Virus record (IMG/VR): IMGVR_UViG_2563366874_000012
Direction: 5' to 3' (one strand)
DNA: 50,800 nucleotides
Origin: a virus
Lineage: Duplodnaviria > Heunggongvirae > Uroviricota > Caudoviricetes
Shown piece after piece: positions 10,566-19,283 of this stretch; position 1 is the first letter of the stretch; each line of letters begins with the position of its first letter. The notes under the pieces were generated by a model. The model saw nothing but the letters and a program-made list of their open reading frames with translations, made no database searches and had not been told where the DNA came from. Both the position numbers and the translations under genes were made by a program.

Positions 10566-11327
10566 ATGGAGACTGTTTTTGACGCACTGAAAGCAATGGG
10601 AAAAGCCACATCCATAGAACTTGCTGCGCGACTTGATATCAGTCGTGAAGAAGTGCTGAACGAACTATGGGAACTGAAAAAGGCTGGTTTTGTTGATAAA
10701 AGCGCGTACACCTGGCGTGTGGCTGATAACAACGTTCAGCAGGAACAGCCAGCGCAGGCAGAACTGCCGGAAGAAATCACCACAGCAACAGTAGCGAAAA
10801 TCTCAGAGTGCGATTTAACCGCGACGATTGAACAACGAGGACCACAAACGGCTGATGAGCTGGCTACATTGTTTGGTACCACATCACGCAAAGTGGCTTC
10901 AACGCTGGCAATGGCAATCAGCAAAGGTCGTCTGATTCGCGTAAATCAGGGCGGTAAATTTCGTTACTGCATACCGGGCGATAATTTACCAGCAGAGCCG
11001 AAAGCAGCATCGGTAGCGGAAACTGATGGTAAGGCCTTTCCTCAGACCGCAGGTGTTGCGTTACCAGTACAGGAGGCTGCAACACAGGAAGATATTAAAA
11101 CAGAAACTGTGGCGGACATTGTGCAGTCGCTGCCATCGTTTACTGAAACGCGAGCGGATGACCTGGTTTTACCATCACTGCATATGGCAAACCGCGAACT
11201 GCGTCGGGCGAAAAATCATGTCCAGAAGTGGGAGCGTGTCTGCGCCGCGCTGCGTGAGTTGAACAAGCACAGGGATATTGTACGACAGATTACTGATTCT
11301 TCCCGCCATGTTGCATCGGAAAAGTGA
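10566..11327 (+). CDS. Hypothetical protein, N-terminal winged-helix-like region (possibly YdaW-related)
   Basis: 253-aa [47 protein letters not shown]...; the frame is open from 10515. Confidence 0.5.
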
Positions 11328-11342
11328 TTGCCGGAGGCACCT

Positions 11343-11765
11343 ATGGCAAAAGTATTTACACCAGAAGAGCGAGAAAAAATTAAAGGACAGGTTGTTGAAC
11401 TTGTACCTCTGAGCGGTCGCGAGACGTTACGGCAACTGGAAGCCAAGACAGGTGAGACAAGATATCTGATGAGTGTTCTCGCCAGTGAGCTGGTTGCCAG
11501 TGGCGATGTATACAACTCTGGTTACGGGTTATTCCCGTCTGAACAGGCGCGTAAAGACTGGCAAAACGCCCGCAAAAAACTATCGAGGGCAAAGGTGAAG
11601 AAACCTGCTGTAGTTGATCCGGACCTTATCTGGTCATTACCAGACGGAGAAATACGCCGCTATGACAGGCGTCTGAATATAATCTGTCGCGAGTGCCGGA
11701 AGAGCGAAGTCATGCAGCGTGTACTGGCGTTCTATCAGGGTAATTTTCAGGATGTGCTGTTGTGA
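11343..11765 (+). CDS. Hypothetical nin-region protein
   Basis: 141-aa ORF MAKVFTPEEREKIKGQVVELVPLSGRETLRQLEAKTGETRYL...; GGAGG SD 7 nt upstream. Confidence 0.5.
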   Translation: MAKVFTPEEREKIKGQVVELVPLSGRETLRQLEAKTGETRYLMSVLASELVASGDVYNSGYGLFPSEQARKDWQNARKKLSRAKVKKPAVVDPDLIWSLPDGEIRRYDRRLNIICRECRKSEVMQRVLAFYQGNFQDVLL

Positions 11766-11927
11766 GCCAAATTAACAATCAGGGAACTGCGTGAACTGAA
11801 AGAGAAATCATAATCCAAATCTGAATAATTAAATTTAGCACTGTAAATAAAATTTAATCCTTAACCGGAGGGGGGGGGCTGCACCCTCAAAATATTAGGA
11901 GGCGGCCCGAAAGGGCGGTAATGAAAA

Positions 11928-12431
11928 ATGACTGAATTAACCAAAAAGCAATTAATCGAAGAAGCTAAATTAAAAATAGCGATTGAGAAATGCCACCCCA
12001 ATTCAGGGATGGCACGGGTAGAGGGCGAATTATTCAAAATTGCTCTGGCATCGCTGGAAGCAGAGCCAGTTGGTGATTTTTATGAATACAAACCGGATGA
12101 CTGGTATCAGCGTTCGGCTGGAGATAAAGCGCCAAAATGGACGCCACCCTATGCCGTTTTTCCAGCGCCCGTAGTGCCGGAAGAAATGGATTTGCTTACA
12201 TGCCATCTCGATGGTGTAACTGAAACATATGCTGAGGGATGGAACGCTTGCCGCGCTGCCCTGCTTCAGGGCAAAGGGGAGCCCGGGAAACAAGTTCGCG
12301 AATTGACAATGCTGGTTAAACAATTGGTTAGTCAACTGAAGAAACCGAAACCGGGCTGCAAATTGCCGGATAAAGTGATGGACTACCTGGAGCGAAGCGG
12401 ACTTATAAGCGTGGAGGATGTTTTACGATGA
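11928..12431 (+). CDS. Hypothetical protein
   Basis: 167-aa ORF MTELTKKQLIEEAKLKIAIEKCHPNSGMARVEGELFKIAL...; unusual leader with AGGAGG, a GNRA hairpin and a G9 tract upstream. Confidence 0.5.
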   Translation: MTELTKKQLIEEAKLKIAIEKCHPNSGMARVEGELFKIALASLEAEPVGDFYEYKPDDWYQRSAGDKAPKWTPPYAVFPAPVVPEEMDLLTCHLDGVTETYAEGWNACRAALLQGKGEPGKQVRELTMLVKQLVSQLKKPKPGCKLPDKVMDYLERSGLISVEDVLR

Positions 12432-12511
12432 CCTGGCCTGAAGCATTCACAACGGTAGGAATTGCGATGGCGGTGGCGCTGGTGGTGTATTCGATTTGCC
12501 GCTGGGGTTGA
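12428..12511 (+). CDS. Possible 27-aa hydrophobic micro-protein
   Basis: ATG overlaps the upstream stop (ATGA); MTWPEAFTTVGIAMAVALVVYSICRWG, a single predicted TM helix; below the ORF-track size cut-off. Confidence 0.25.
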   Translation: MTWPEAFTTVGIAMAVALVVYSICRWG

Positions 12512-12524
12512 TAATACTAAATAA

Positions 12525-12543
12525 CCAGCCCTTATGGGGCTGG
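12525..12543. terminator. Hairpin between convergent genes (likely terminator for the KilA-N gene)
   Basis: CCAGCCC-ttatg-GGGCTGG stem-loop; U-rich on the minus-strand side (ttatttagtattat). Confidence 0.45.
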
Positions 12544-12551
12544 CTAATCAT

Positions 12552-13325
12552 TTAGAACTGTTCATTGCCATCGAGGTTAGGTAGCATAATTTTTTCAATC
12601 AAGGCGAGAGCCTTTTTGTCCCGGTCAGCGAAGTATTTCGGGGCATATTGCGGCAACCAAATATTGTTAAAATGTTCTTTGAAATCTGCTAAATATTCAT
12701 TTGGGTACAGCCTTGCAGGGTATACGCGACCATCGGGATATTCATGGTCATAGGTAGGGAATGTTTTGGGTTCTACGTTTCTATTATCTCTTAACCATTG
12801 TGAAAATACTCTTCCTTGTGAAATGTCAGGAACCATTTTTTCTGGGAGTGTGTACCCTGCTTGTTCAAGAGGTGCAACCAAGTTGAATGTCAGTTCATTA
12901 AGAATAGAAAAGTGCGTGTGAGGAATTCTACTACGATTAACCATGTACCGTTTTAAATGTACAGGCATTTCTGCTGTAGTTCTTTCCCCTGACATCCATT
13001 CACGAACCCATCTTGAAACCTGGACTGCAAATTTGGGCGATAGCCACTGCGCTAGATTAATAGCGATGTCAGGATGCACCCATGTCCCTTGGTTTTCAGG
13101 TCTTCCACCTTTAAATGATTGAATTAACTCCGATATGGGAATTCCCATATCGCGTGATAATTCGTCAAAAAACTCTTGAGTAGTTTTGAGTCTAGTGTAA
13201 TCAGAGAGCAGTTTGCCCGCAGTTCTACACATTGATGTGGCGTTTATGTAACCATCTTTGGCACGTAAATGTATTATTTCGCCGTCAATTTCACGAGAAA
13301 TCAAAGATAATTGAAAGGATGTCAT
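12552..13325 (-). CDS. KilA-N domain protein (antirepressor-like DNA-binding N-terminus)
   Basis: 257-aa ORF MTSFQLSLISREIDGEIIHLRAKDGYINATSMCRTAGKLLSDYTRLKTTQEFFDEL, typical KilA-N N-terminus. Confidence 0.65.
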   Translation of the reverse strand: MTSFQLSLISREIDGEIIHLRAKDGYINATSMCRTAGKLLSDYTRLKTTQEFFDELSRDMGIPISELIQSFKGGRPENQGTWVHPDIAINLAQWLSPKFAVQVSRWVREWMSGERTTAEMPVHLKRYMVNRSRIPHTHFSILNELTFNLVAPLEQAGYTLPEKMVPDISQGRVFSQWLRDNRNVEPKTFPTYDHEYPDGRVYPARLYPNEYLADFKEHFNNIWLPQYAPKYFADRDKKALALIEKIMLPNLDGNEQF

Positions 13326-13847
13326 TGAAAATTCCTCAAGTTGGAGAGTTCTGGAACATTAAGGCGAGGTGGCAGTAATGCACCATCTGTAATCTTTTGA
13401 TACTGACGTAATCGGGCCTGATGTGCAACGCCTTGCAAGTATGTAACTCATTGAAAACGATCATTTTTATCTATTGACATCAAATGGCAAACTGTCATTG
13501 TGCGGCTATGGCAAGTGGCAAATGCTTATAAATCATATGGATATAAATAGTACAGAAAGAGTTGTTTTCTCTAGGATATGAGTATACGCCCAATGCTGAT
13601 TGGTTGAATTTTGTTCTTGTTTTAAAGGGTAAGAGTTTAAAGTGTTGGCAGTGATGTATTGGATAGTTAGAATTGCTGTGGGTGCTTGAGGCTATCTGCC
13701 TCGGGCATGAACACCAAAGGTAGATAGAGAAAAGCCCCAGTTAACATTACGCGTCCTGCAAGACGTTTAACATTAATCTGAGGCCATATCTATGCGACAC
13801 ATAGAGATTAGCCTCTTGCGGACCGAAAGGTCAAGGAGAAGCAGGCT

Positions 13848-13973
13848 ATGAAGCAGCAAAAGGCGATGTTAATCGCCCTGATCGTCATCTGTTTAACCGT
13901 CATAGTGACGGCACTGGTAACGAGGAAAGACCTCTGCGAGGTACGAATCCGAACTGGCAGACGGAGGCTCTGA
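13848..13973 (+). CDS. Hok/Gef-family type I toxin homologue with divergent, short C-terminus (possibly inactive)
   Basis: 41-aa ORF MKQQKAMLIALIVICLTVIVTALVTRKDLCEVRIRTGRRRL*; matches recalled HokD/Gef through ...CEVRIRTG then diverges and stops about 10 codons early; 19-codon upstream ORF ends overlapping the ATG. Confidence 0.55.
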   Translation: MKQQKAMLIALIVICLTVIVTALVTRKDLCEVRIRTGRRRL

Positions 13974-14055
13974 TTCGTAGACTACTAATCTGAGTAAAAG
14001 ACCCAGCGGGGAAAGAACCACGCCGGGACTAGTTAATAAGATATTTATAGCGTGG

Positions 14056-14397
14056 CTATTCTTTTTTTGCGGTATAGACTTTTTCGCCTGAGAAGTCTGG
14101 AGCTACCCAAAAGTTAATATTAAACTGAGCATCATCGCTTAGTTCAACACGGTGCCAGTATTGTGGTGGGCTTGTTGCAAAAGCGCCAGCATTAATGACT
14201 ACTTTTATCTCCGGTTCAGTAGCATTCTCATCAGCAAAACCATAATATGTTACAGTACCTTCCATCACGCATAACTGTCCAAAAACACCTGCTGCTGTAT
14301 TATGATGTGTTAATAACGCTGAAGGTACGTTCTCTTTTGTGAAGAACGGAGTTGAGCGTTTGATTACCCAGTCTTTAGGAATTCTCTTGTGTGTCAT
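14056..14397 (-). CDS. YeaR-like DUF1971 (cupin-type) protein
   Basis: 113-aa ORF MTHKRIPKDWVIKRSTPFFTKENVPSALLTHHNTAAGVFGQLCVMEGTVTYYGFADE... aligns by eye with E. coli YeaR (RSTPFW...LSVMHG.V.Y.GYADE...FNIDFFVAPE); GGAGGTGG SD. Confidence 0.6.
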   Translation of the reverse strand: MTHKRIPKDWVIKRSTPFFTKENVPSALLTHHNTAAGVFGQLCVMEGTVTYYGFADENATEPEIKVVINAGAFATSPPQYWHRVELSDDAQFNINFWVAPDFSGEKVYTAKKE

Positions 14398-14765
14398 AAC
14401 CACCTCCCATAAAACATGCATTATAAATGCACCTTTTTGAGGGTTATGTCAAGCTGTTATGAAACACATAATTGATATGTTGATTAGAGGAGAAGATAGA
14501 ATCAATATGGTTGTTTTTCGTATAACTATTTGTTTTACTTTTAGTTTGTGCATTCTGTGTGTTAGGAATAACTTATTAAAGTTTAACTAAAAAATCTCGA
14601 TATAGTCCGCATAGATTACTGTTACTGAATCTTATTGTGTGCATTAGTTGTGTTCTGAAATTTCAATTTAATTACTTATGATATATTTTTAACGATAAAT
14701 GTTTTCCGGGTGAAAGACAGTGGGGGATGAGATAAGCAATATATCATTAATCTTGATTATTTCCA

Positions 14766-14825
14766 GGATGCCTTTACTGTGCATATAAATAAATCATATA
14801 CGCATCAAATAATGTAAAGGCATCC
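14766..14825. repeat. Long inverted repeat (12-bp perfect arms, 36-nt spacer) in AT-rich non-coding island
   Basis: GGATGCCTTTAC (14766-14777) and GTAAAGGCATCC (14814-14825). Confidence 0.6.
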
Positions 14826-15046
14826 TTTTAGATATATCTTATCAAATGTTAATGATTTGAGTGGGAAACATGATTCCAGAAACTAATCATGCGGCTACTT
14901 TATAAAAATAATGCCCATATAAAACAGCCAGCGAAAAGGATTACGGATAAAAAAGGAGCGAGATGTGCATAGTTGTTATTTTCCATGTTTAACCACCTTA
15001 AATAATTGATGATGACGGGATGTGCATCTGTAATGCTTTTGTTGAA

Positions 15047-15081
15047 ATGTTATGATAAAAAAGAACTTTTTCATAACATTA
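15047..15081. repeat. Near-perfect palindrome in AT-rich non-coding island
   Basis: AATGTTATGA-taaaaaagaacttt-TCATAACATT; second GATGTGCAT direct-repeat pair at about 14961 and 15020. Confidence 0.5.
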
Positions 15082-15264
15082 AAATGTAATTTATCTAATC
15101 GTTTTTAATAATAAGTGTTGTATTTCTATCCTTGTATCAGCTATTTGATATGTAGTGTTTGTTCATGTTATGTGGAGCTTTACACCATAGCCAGTTTATT
15201 TATACTTTATTCGTCAGCCTGAACAACTGGCATCTGCTGCACTGCGCCATCGAGAGATTGAGAA

Positions 15265-15864
15265 ATGGCGCATATACAACTGGTCAAACAAACCTCTTCT
15301 GGACTACTTCTCCCGGCGACGCCGGAGAGTTGCGATTTTTTGCATCAAATCAAAATAGGCGAGTGGATACACGCAGACTTTAAGCGTGTGCGTAACTACG
15401 CATTCCACAAGCGTTTTTTCAAACTCCTGCAACTGGGATTCGATTACTGGACTCCGGTCGGTGGGGCGATCACGCCTCGCGAACGAAAGCTGGTTTCAGG
15501 ATTCGTTGATTACCTATGTGAATCAGTAGGCCGGGAACATACGCCAGCTCTGAGCGAAGCCGCAGAGCAATATCTGAATACAGTTGCGACACGCAGAACC
15601 CGGGATACGGCATTGCTAAAGTCGTTTGAGGCTTTCCGCGAGTGGGTAACCATTCAGGCCGGATTTTACACCGAGCATCTTTATCCTGATGGTAGCCATG
15701 GGCGTCGGGCGAAATCCATCGCTTTTGCGAATATGGACGAAACCGAGTTTCAGCAGGTTTATAAATCTGTTCTGAATGTGCTGTGGAACTGGATTCTGTT
15801 CCGTAAATTTTCCTCTCCGGAACAAGTCGAAAATGTGACCGCGCAGCTGCTGGAGTTTGCGTAA
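15265..15864 (+). CDS. Hypothetical nin-region protein (possibly DUF1367-type)
   Basis: 199-aa ORF MAHIQLVKQTSSGLLLPATPESCDFLHQIKIGEWIHADFKRVRNYAFHKRFFKLL...; first gene after the AT-rich island, translationally coupled to the next gene (TAATG). Confidence 0.5.
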   Translation: MAHIQLVKQTSSGLLLPATPESCDFLHQIKIGEWIHADFKRVRNYAFHKRFFKLLQLGFDYWTPVGGAITPRERKLVSGFVDYLCESVGREHTPALSEAAEQYLNTVATRRTRDTALLKSFEAFREWVTIQAGFYTEHLYPDGSHGRRAKSIAFANMDETEFQQVYKSVLNVLWNWILFRKFSSPEQVENVTAQLLEFA

Positions 15865-16154
15865 TGGTGGATTTACGTAAAGCGGCGCGGGGGCAGATGT
15901 GCACCGTCAGAATTCCTGGCTACTGCAATCACGATCCGGAAACGTCTGTGCTGGCGCATTACCGACTGGCGGGAACGTGCGGAACAGCGACAAAACCACA
16001 CGATATGCAGGCGGCGATTGCCTGTAGCTCATGCCACGATCTAATCGACGGGCGGGTAAAAACCAGCGATTACACCAAAGAAGAATTACGCCTGATGCAT
16101 GCAGAAGGTGTTTTTCGCACACAAGAAATCTGGAGAAAGGAGGGATATTTGTGA
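15864..16154 (+). CDS. YbcO-like DUF1364 protein (Cys/His metal-binding, putative nuclease)
   Basis: 96-aa ORF MVDLRKAARGQMCTVRIPGYCNHDPETSVLAHYRLAGTCGTATKPHDMQAAIACSSCHD, resembling recalled DLP12 YbcO. Confidence 0.6.
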   Translation: MVDLRKAARGQMCTVRIPGYCNHDPETSVLAHYRLAGTCGTATKPHDMQAAIACSSCHDLIDGRVKTSDYTKEELRLMHAEGVFRTQEIWRKEGYL

Positions 16155-16693
16155 TTTACCCAACGAATACAGGAAAAAGCGGAGAACACCTTCGTCTCGC
16201 CACGCTGGAAAGTGTCTGGATTCAGGGCAAACTGCGTATGTGGGGGCGCTGGTCGTATATTGGCGGTGGCAGGTCAGGAAATATGTTCAATCAGTTGTTG
16301 GCATCCAAAAAATTGACGAAAACAGCCATCAATGAAGCCCTGCGCAGAATGAAAAAAGCGGGAATAGAGAAAGCTGAGCTGGAAGCGTTTTTGCGAGAGA
16401 TGATCAACGGCAAGCAAAAGAGCTGGCTGGCGCATTGTACTGATGCAGAGGCGTTATGTATTGATCGAGTCATAAGTGAGGTGCTGGCAGAGCATCCTGG
16501 ATTGATTAGTGTCCTCCGGCAACGGTATGAAGGACGGGGGATGACTAAGCGCAAAATGGCTGAATTGCTAAATGATGCACATCCTGAGTGGTGTTTTAGC
16601 ACATGCGAAAAGCGAATTGCTAATTGGTTGGCTGTTGCTGAGTATGCCCTATATATTCCCATGCGAGAATCATTTGCTCAAAAAATAGCTTGA
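16151..16693 (+). CDS. Late-gene antiterminator Q-like protein
   Basis: 180-aa ORF from GTG overlapping the upstream stop (GTGA); Cys/His-containing; followed by promoter-like element and short-transcript terminator (PR'/tR' architecture); call is largely positional. Confidence 0.55.
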   Translation: MIYPTNTGKSGEHLRLATLESVWIQGKLRMWGRWSYIGGGRSGNMFNQLLASKKLTKTAINEALRRMKKAGIEKAELEAFLREMINGKQKSWLAHCTDAEALCIDRVISEVLAEHPGLISVLRQRYEGRGMTKRKMAELLNDAHPEWCFSTCEKRIANWLAVAEYALYIPMRESFAQKIA

Positions 16694-16718
16694 TTTTTTA
16701 CGCATAAACTGCTTCAAT
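16690..16718 (+). promoter_or_regulatory. Candidate late promoter PR' (with qut region)
   Basis: TTGATT (16690-16695), 17-nt spacer, TTCAAT (16713-16718), about 60 nt upstream of the tR'-like terminator. Confidence 0.4.
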
Positions 16719-16778
16719 TCCGGTATGCTTCGCAAAGCTGTATCGCGAGGCGAACCAAGCGCATGAACTTTACCAGAA

Positions 16779-16805
16779 CCCGCCATTGAGCGGGTTTTGT
16801 TGTTT
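16779..16805 (+). terminator. Intrinsic terminator (tR'-like)
   Basis: CCCGC-cattga-GCGGG hairpin followed by TTTTGTTGTTT. Confidence 0.55.
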
Positions 16806-16914
16806 CTGGTACTGGTGAACCTGATGTTTCATTTCTGGAGCGCGATTCCTGGCGGAATACCTAGAATCGAGACATTCTGGTAAAATTGTTTTCAGTACAG
16901 GATGTGGAGGTGAG

Positions 16915-17484
16915 ATGAGAGAACTACCTAAAGATTATTTTTTAGGAGTAGATGATGAGCTCGTCGATTATCTTGAAAAACAAGGGGAAGAGACGATACG
17001 AGAGATTCATCTTTCTAACAAAACCAATGTTGAGAATGGATACAAACTTCTGAACATTCAGATTGTTGGAATTGGTTCATCTTTTTTATTGCTGACACAG
17101 AAAACTAATTTCGATTTTCTCACCGCCGGAATTACCTCATTTACATTACTATGGACATGGTGCGCCATTTACTTGGTATGTACTGGTTTATCTGTGAAGG
17201 TTAGGGGCCTGATCAATGCCCCTCCTGATCATATATATCATGAAAAATATAAGGATATGGAGCCCTCGAGCTTTAAAATATTCGCTGATGCAGGATATTT
17301 AGGACCTGATAAGTTATTGCCGCTTATACGAAGGTATCGCCTTGTTGACTTGAGTGATACAGCAAGAGAGTTACTGTTGGAAAATGAGAAAATCCGCACG
17401 AGTCTCGATAAAGCAAGGATGTATACCATCCTTGCTCCGGTAGCGGCGATGTTTATCTCGGCTGTTTTTTTATATGTTCAATGA
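16915..17484 (+). CDS. Uncharacterised membrane protein (moron between Q and lysis genes)
   Basis: 189-aa ORF, GGAGGTGAG SD; hydrophobic segments LLNIQIVGIGSSFLLL, FLTAGITSFTLLWTWCAIYLVCTGL and C-terminal MYTILAPVAAMFISAVFLYVQ; visibly AT-rich. Confidence 0.5.
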   Translation: MRELPKDYFLGVDDELVDYLEKQGEETIREIHLSNKTNVENGYKLLNIQIVGIGSSFLLLTQKTNFDFLTAGITSFTLLWTWCAIYLVCTGLSVKVRGLINAPPDHIYHEKYKDMEPSSFKIFADAGYLGPDKLLPLIRRYRLVDLSDTARELLLENEKIRTSLDKARMYTILAPVAAMFISAVFLYVQ

Positions 17485-17614
17485 CTGAGTCGGCAGAATC
17501 TCCAACAAAAACACGACGTGTAGCAAAGTCTGTAGTACTTTGTGTTGGAGTTGGTTTTGGTGCCACGGGTTGCTGAGGTTTATTTTCACCTTGTGGTTTG
17601 TTTTTTTCAGACAT
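17453..17614 (-). CDS. Possible 53-aa hydrophilic small protein convergent with the moron gene
   Basis: MSEKNKPQGENKPQQPVAPKPTPTQSTTDFATRRVFVGDSADSVIEHIKKQPR; AAGAGG SD 8 nt upstream; 3' end overlaps the moron 3' end by 32 nt. Confidence 0.3.
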   Translation of the reverse strand: MSEKNKPQGENKPQQPVAPKPTPTQSTTDFATRRVFVGDSADSVIEHIKKQPR

Positions 17615-17708
17615 AAAAATCCTCTTTGTTTGAATTGTTACTTTTGGCGATTTAACGATATCAAACACGAGTATATACCGCCAGAAGCTTAATCTGGCAC
17701 TCCATCTG

Positions 17709-17733
17709 GCCCCGGCATGTCCCGGGGCTTTTT
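17709..17733 (+). terminator. Intrinsic terminator upstream of the holin gene
   Basis: GCCCCGG-catgtc-CCGGGGC hairpin followed by TTTTT. Confidence 0.55.
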
Positions 17734-18054
17734 CGTTGTTAGGCTCTGGAAACATCCTCGACTTCTTGTTAGCAAGCCTGAGAGCCTGAATCTTACACTT
17801 AGCACCATCCGAACTCTCGGAGGTGAGGCTTATGAAAATGCACAATGCCCCTCATTCCTGGCCTGACTTACTGGAACTCTTACAAAGTTGGTGGCGTGGA
17901 GATACGCCGCTGGGTGCAGTGGTTATGTCAATTATTATGGCTGGTTTGCGCATTGCCTATTTTGGCGGTGGCGGCGGCTGGAAACGAAAAACGCTTGAGA
18001 TTCTGCTTTGTGGTGCTCTGACGCTGACCTTTGCATCCGCGCTTGGATTTGCCC

Positions 18055-18960
18055 CTATATTTCCAGACATCTGTTATCACTTAACCCATTACAAGCCCGC
18101 TGCCGCAGATATTCCCGTGGCGAGCGATAACCCAGCGCACTATGCGGATGCCATTCGTTATAATGCTCGAACGCCTCTGCAAGGTTCTTTGCTGCCGTTA
18201 ACCCGTCTGGTTTGGGCATGATACTGATGTAGTCACGCTTTATCGTTTTCACGAAGCTCTCTGCTATTCCGTTACTCTCCGGACTCCGCACCGCCGTGTT
18301 CTTCGGTTCAAGTCCCAACATCCGGGCGAACTGGCGTGTTTCATTAGCCCGGTAGCATGAACCATTATCCGTCAGCCACTCCACTGGAGACGACGGAAGA
18401 TCGTTGCCGAAGCGGCGTTCCACCGCTCCCAGCATGACGTCCTGTACTGTTTCACTGTTGAAGCCGCCGGTAGTGACCGCCCAGTGCAGTGCCTCACGAT
18501 CACAGCAGTCCAGCGCGAACGTGACACGCAGTCTCTCTCCGTTATCACAGCAGAACTCGAACCCGTCAGAGCACCATCGCTGATTGCTTTCTTTCACGGC
18601 CACTCTGCCTGTATGTGCCCGTTTCGATGGCGGTACAGCAGGTTTTCGCTCAAGCAACAGCGCATTCTGGCGCATGATCCGGTAAACACGTTTGGCATTG
18701 ATCGCAGGCATACCATCAAGTTCTGCCTGTCTGCGAAGCAGCGCCCATACCCGACGATAACCATACGTTGGCAGCTCTCCGATAACATGGTGTATACGGA
18801 GAAGCACATCCGTATCATCAGTGTGACGACTGCGGCGGCCATCCATCCAGTCATCGGTTCGTCTGAGAATGACGTGCAACTGCGCACGCGACACCCGGAG
18901 ACAACGGCTGACTAAGCTTACTCCCCATCCCCGGGCAATAAGGGCGCGTGCGCTATCCAC
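18055..18960 (-). CDS. insD: IS2 transposase OrfB (InsD)
   Basis: 301-aa [49 protein letters not shown]... with DDE integrase-type core. Confidence 0.9.
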
Positions 18961-19283
18961 TTTTTTGCCCGTCCATATTCAACGGCTTCTTTGAGGAGTT
19001 CATTTTCCATCGTTTTCTTGCCGAGCAGGCGCTGGAGTTCTTTAATCTGCTTCATGGCGGCAGCAAGTTCAGAGGCAGGAACAACCTGTTCTCCGGCGGC
19101 GACAGCAGTAAGACTTCCTTCCTGGTATTGCTTACGCCAGAGAAATAACTGGCTGGCTGCTACACCATGTTGCCGGGCAACGAGGGAGACCGTCATCCCC
19201 GGTTCAAAGCTCTGCTGAACAATTGCGATCTTTTCCTGTGTGGTACGCCGTCTGCGTTTCTCCGGCCCTAAGACATCAATCAT
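18918..19283 (-). CDS. insC: IS2 OrfA (InsC) HTH protein
   Basis: 121-aa [59 protein letters not shown]... Confidence 0.9.

Noticed and set aside
18484-19218. Plus-strand ORFs inside IS2
   Set aside because: They are antisense to the IS2 insC and insD genes, whose products match the known IS2 proteins.
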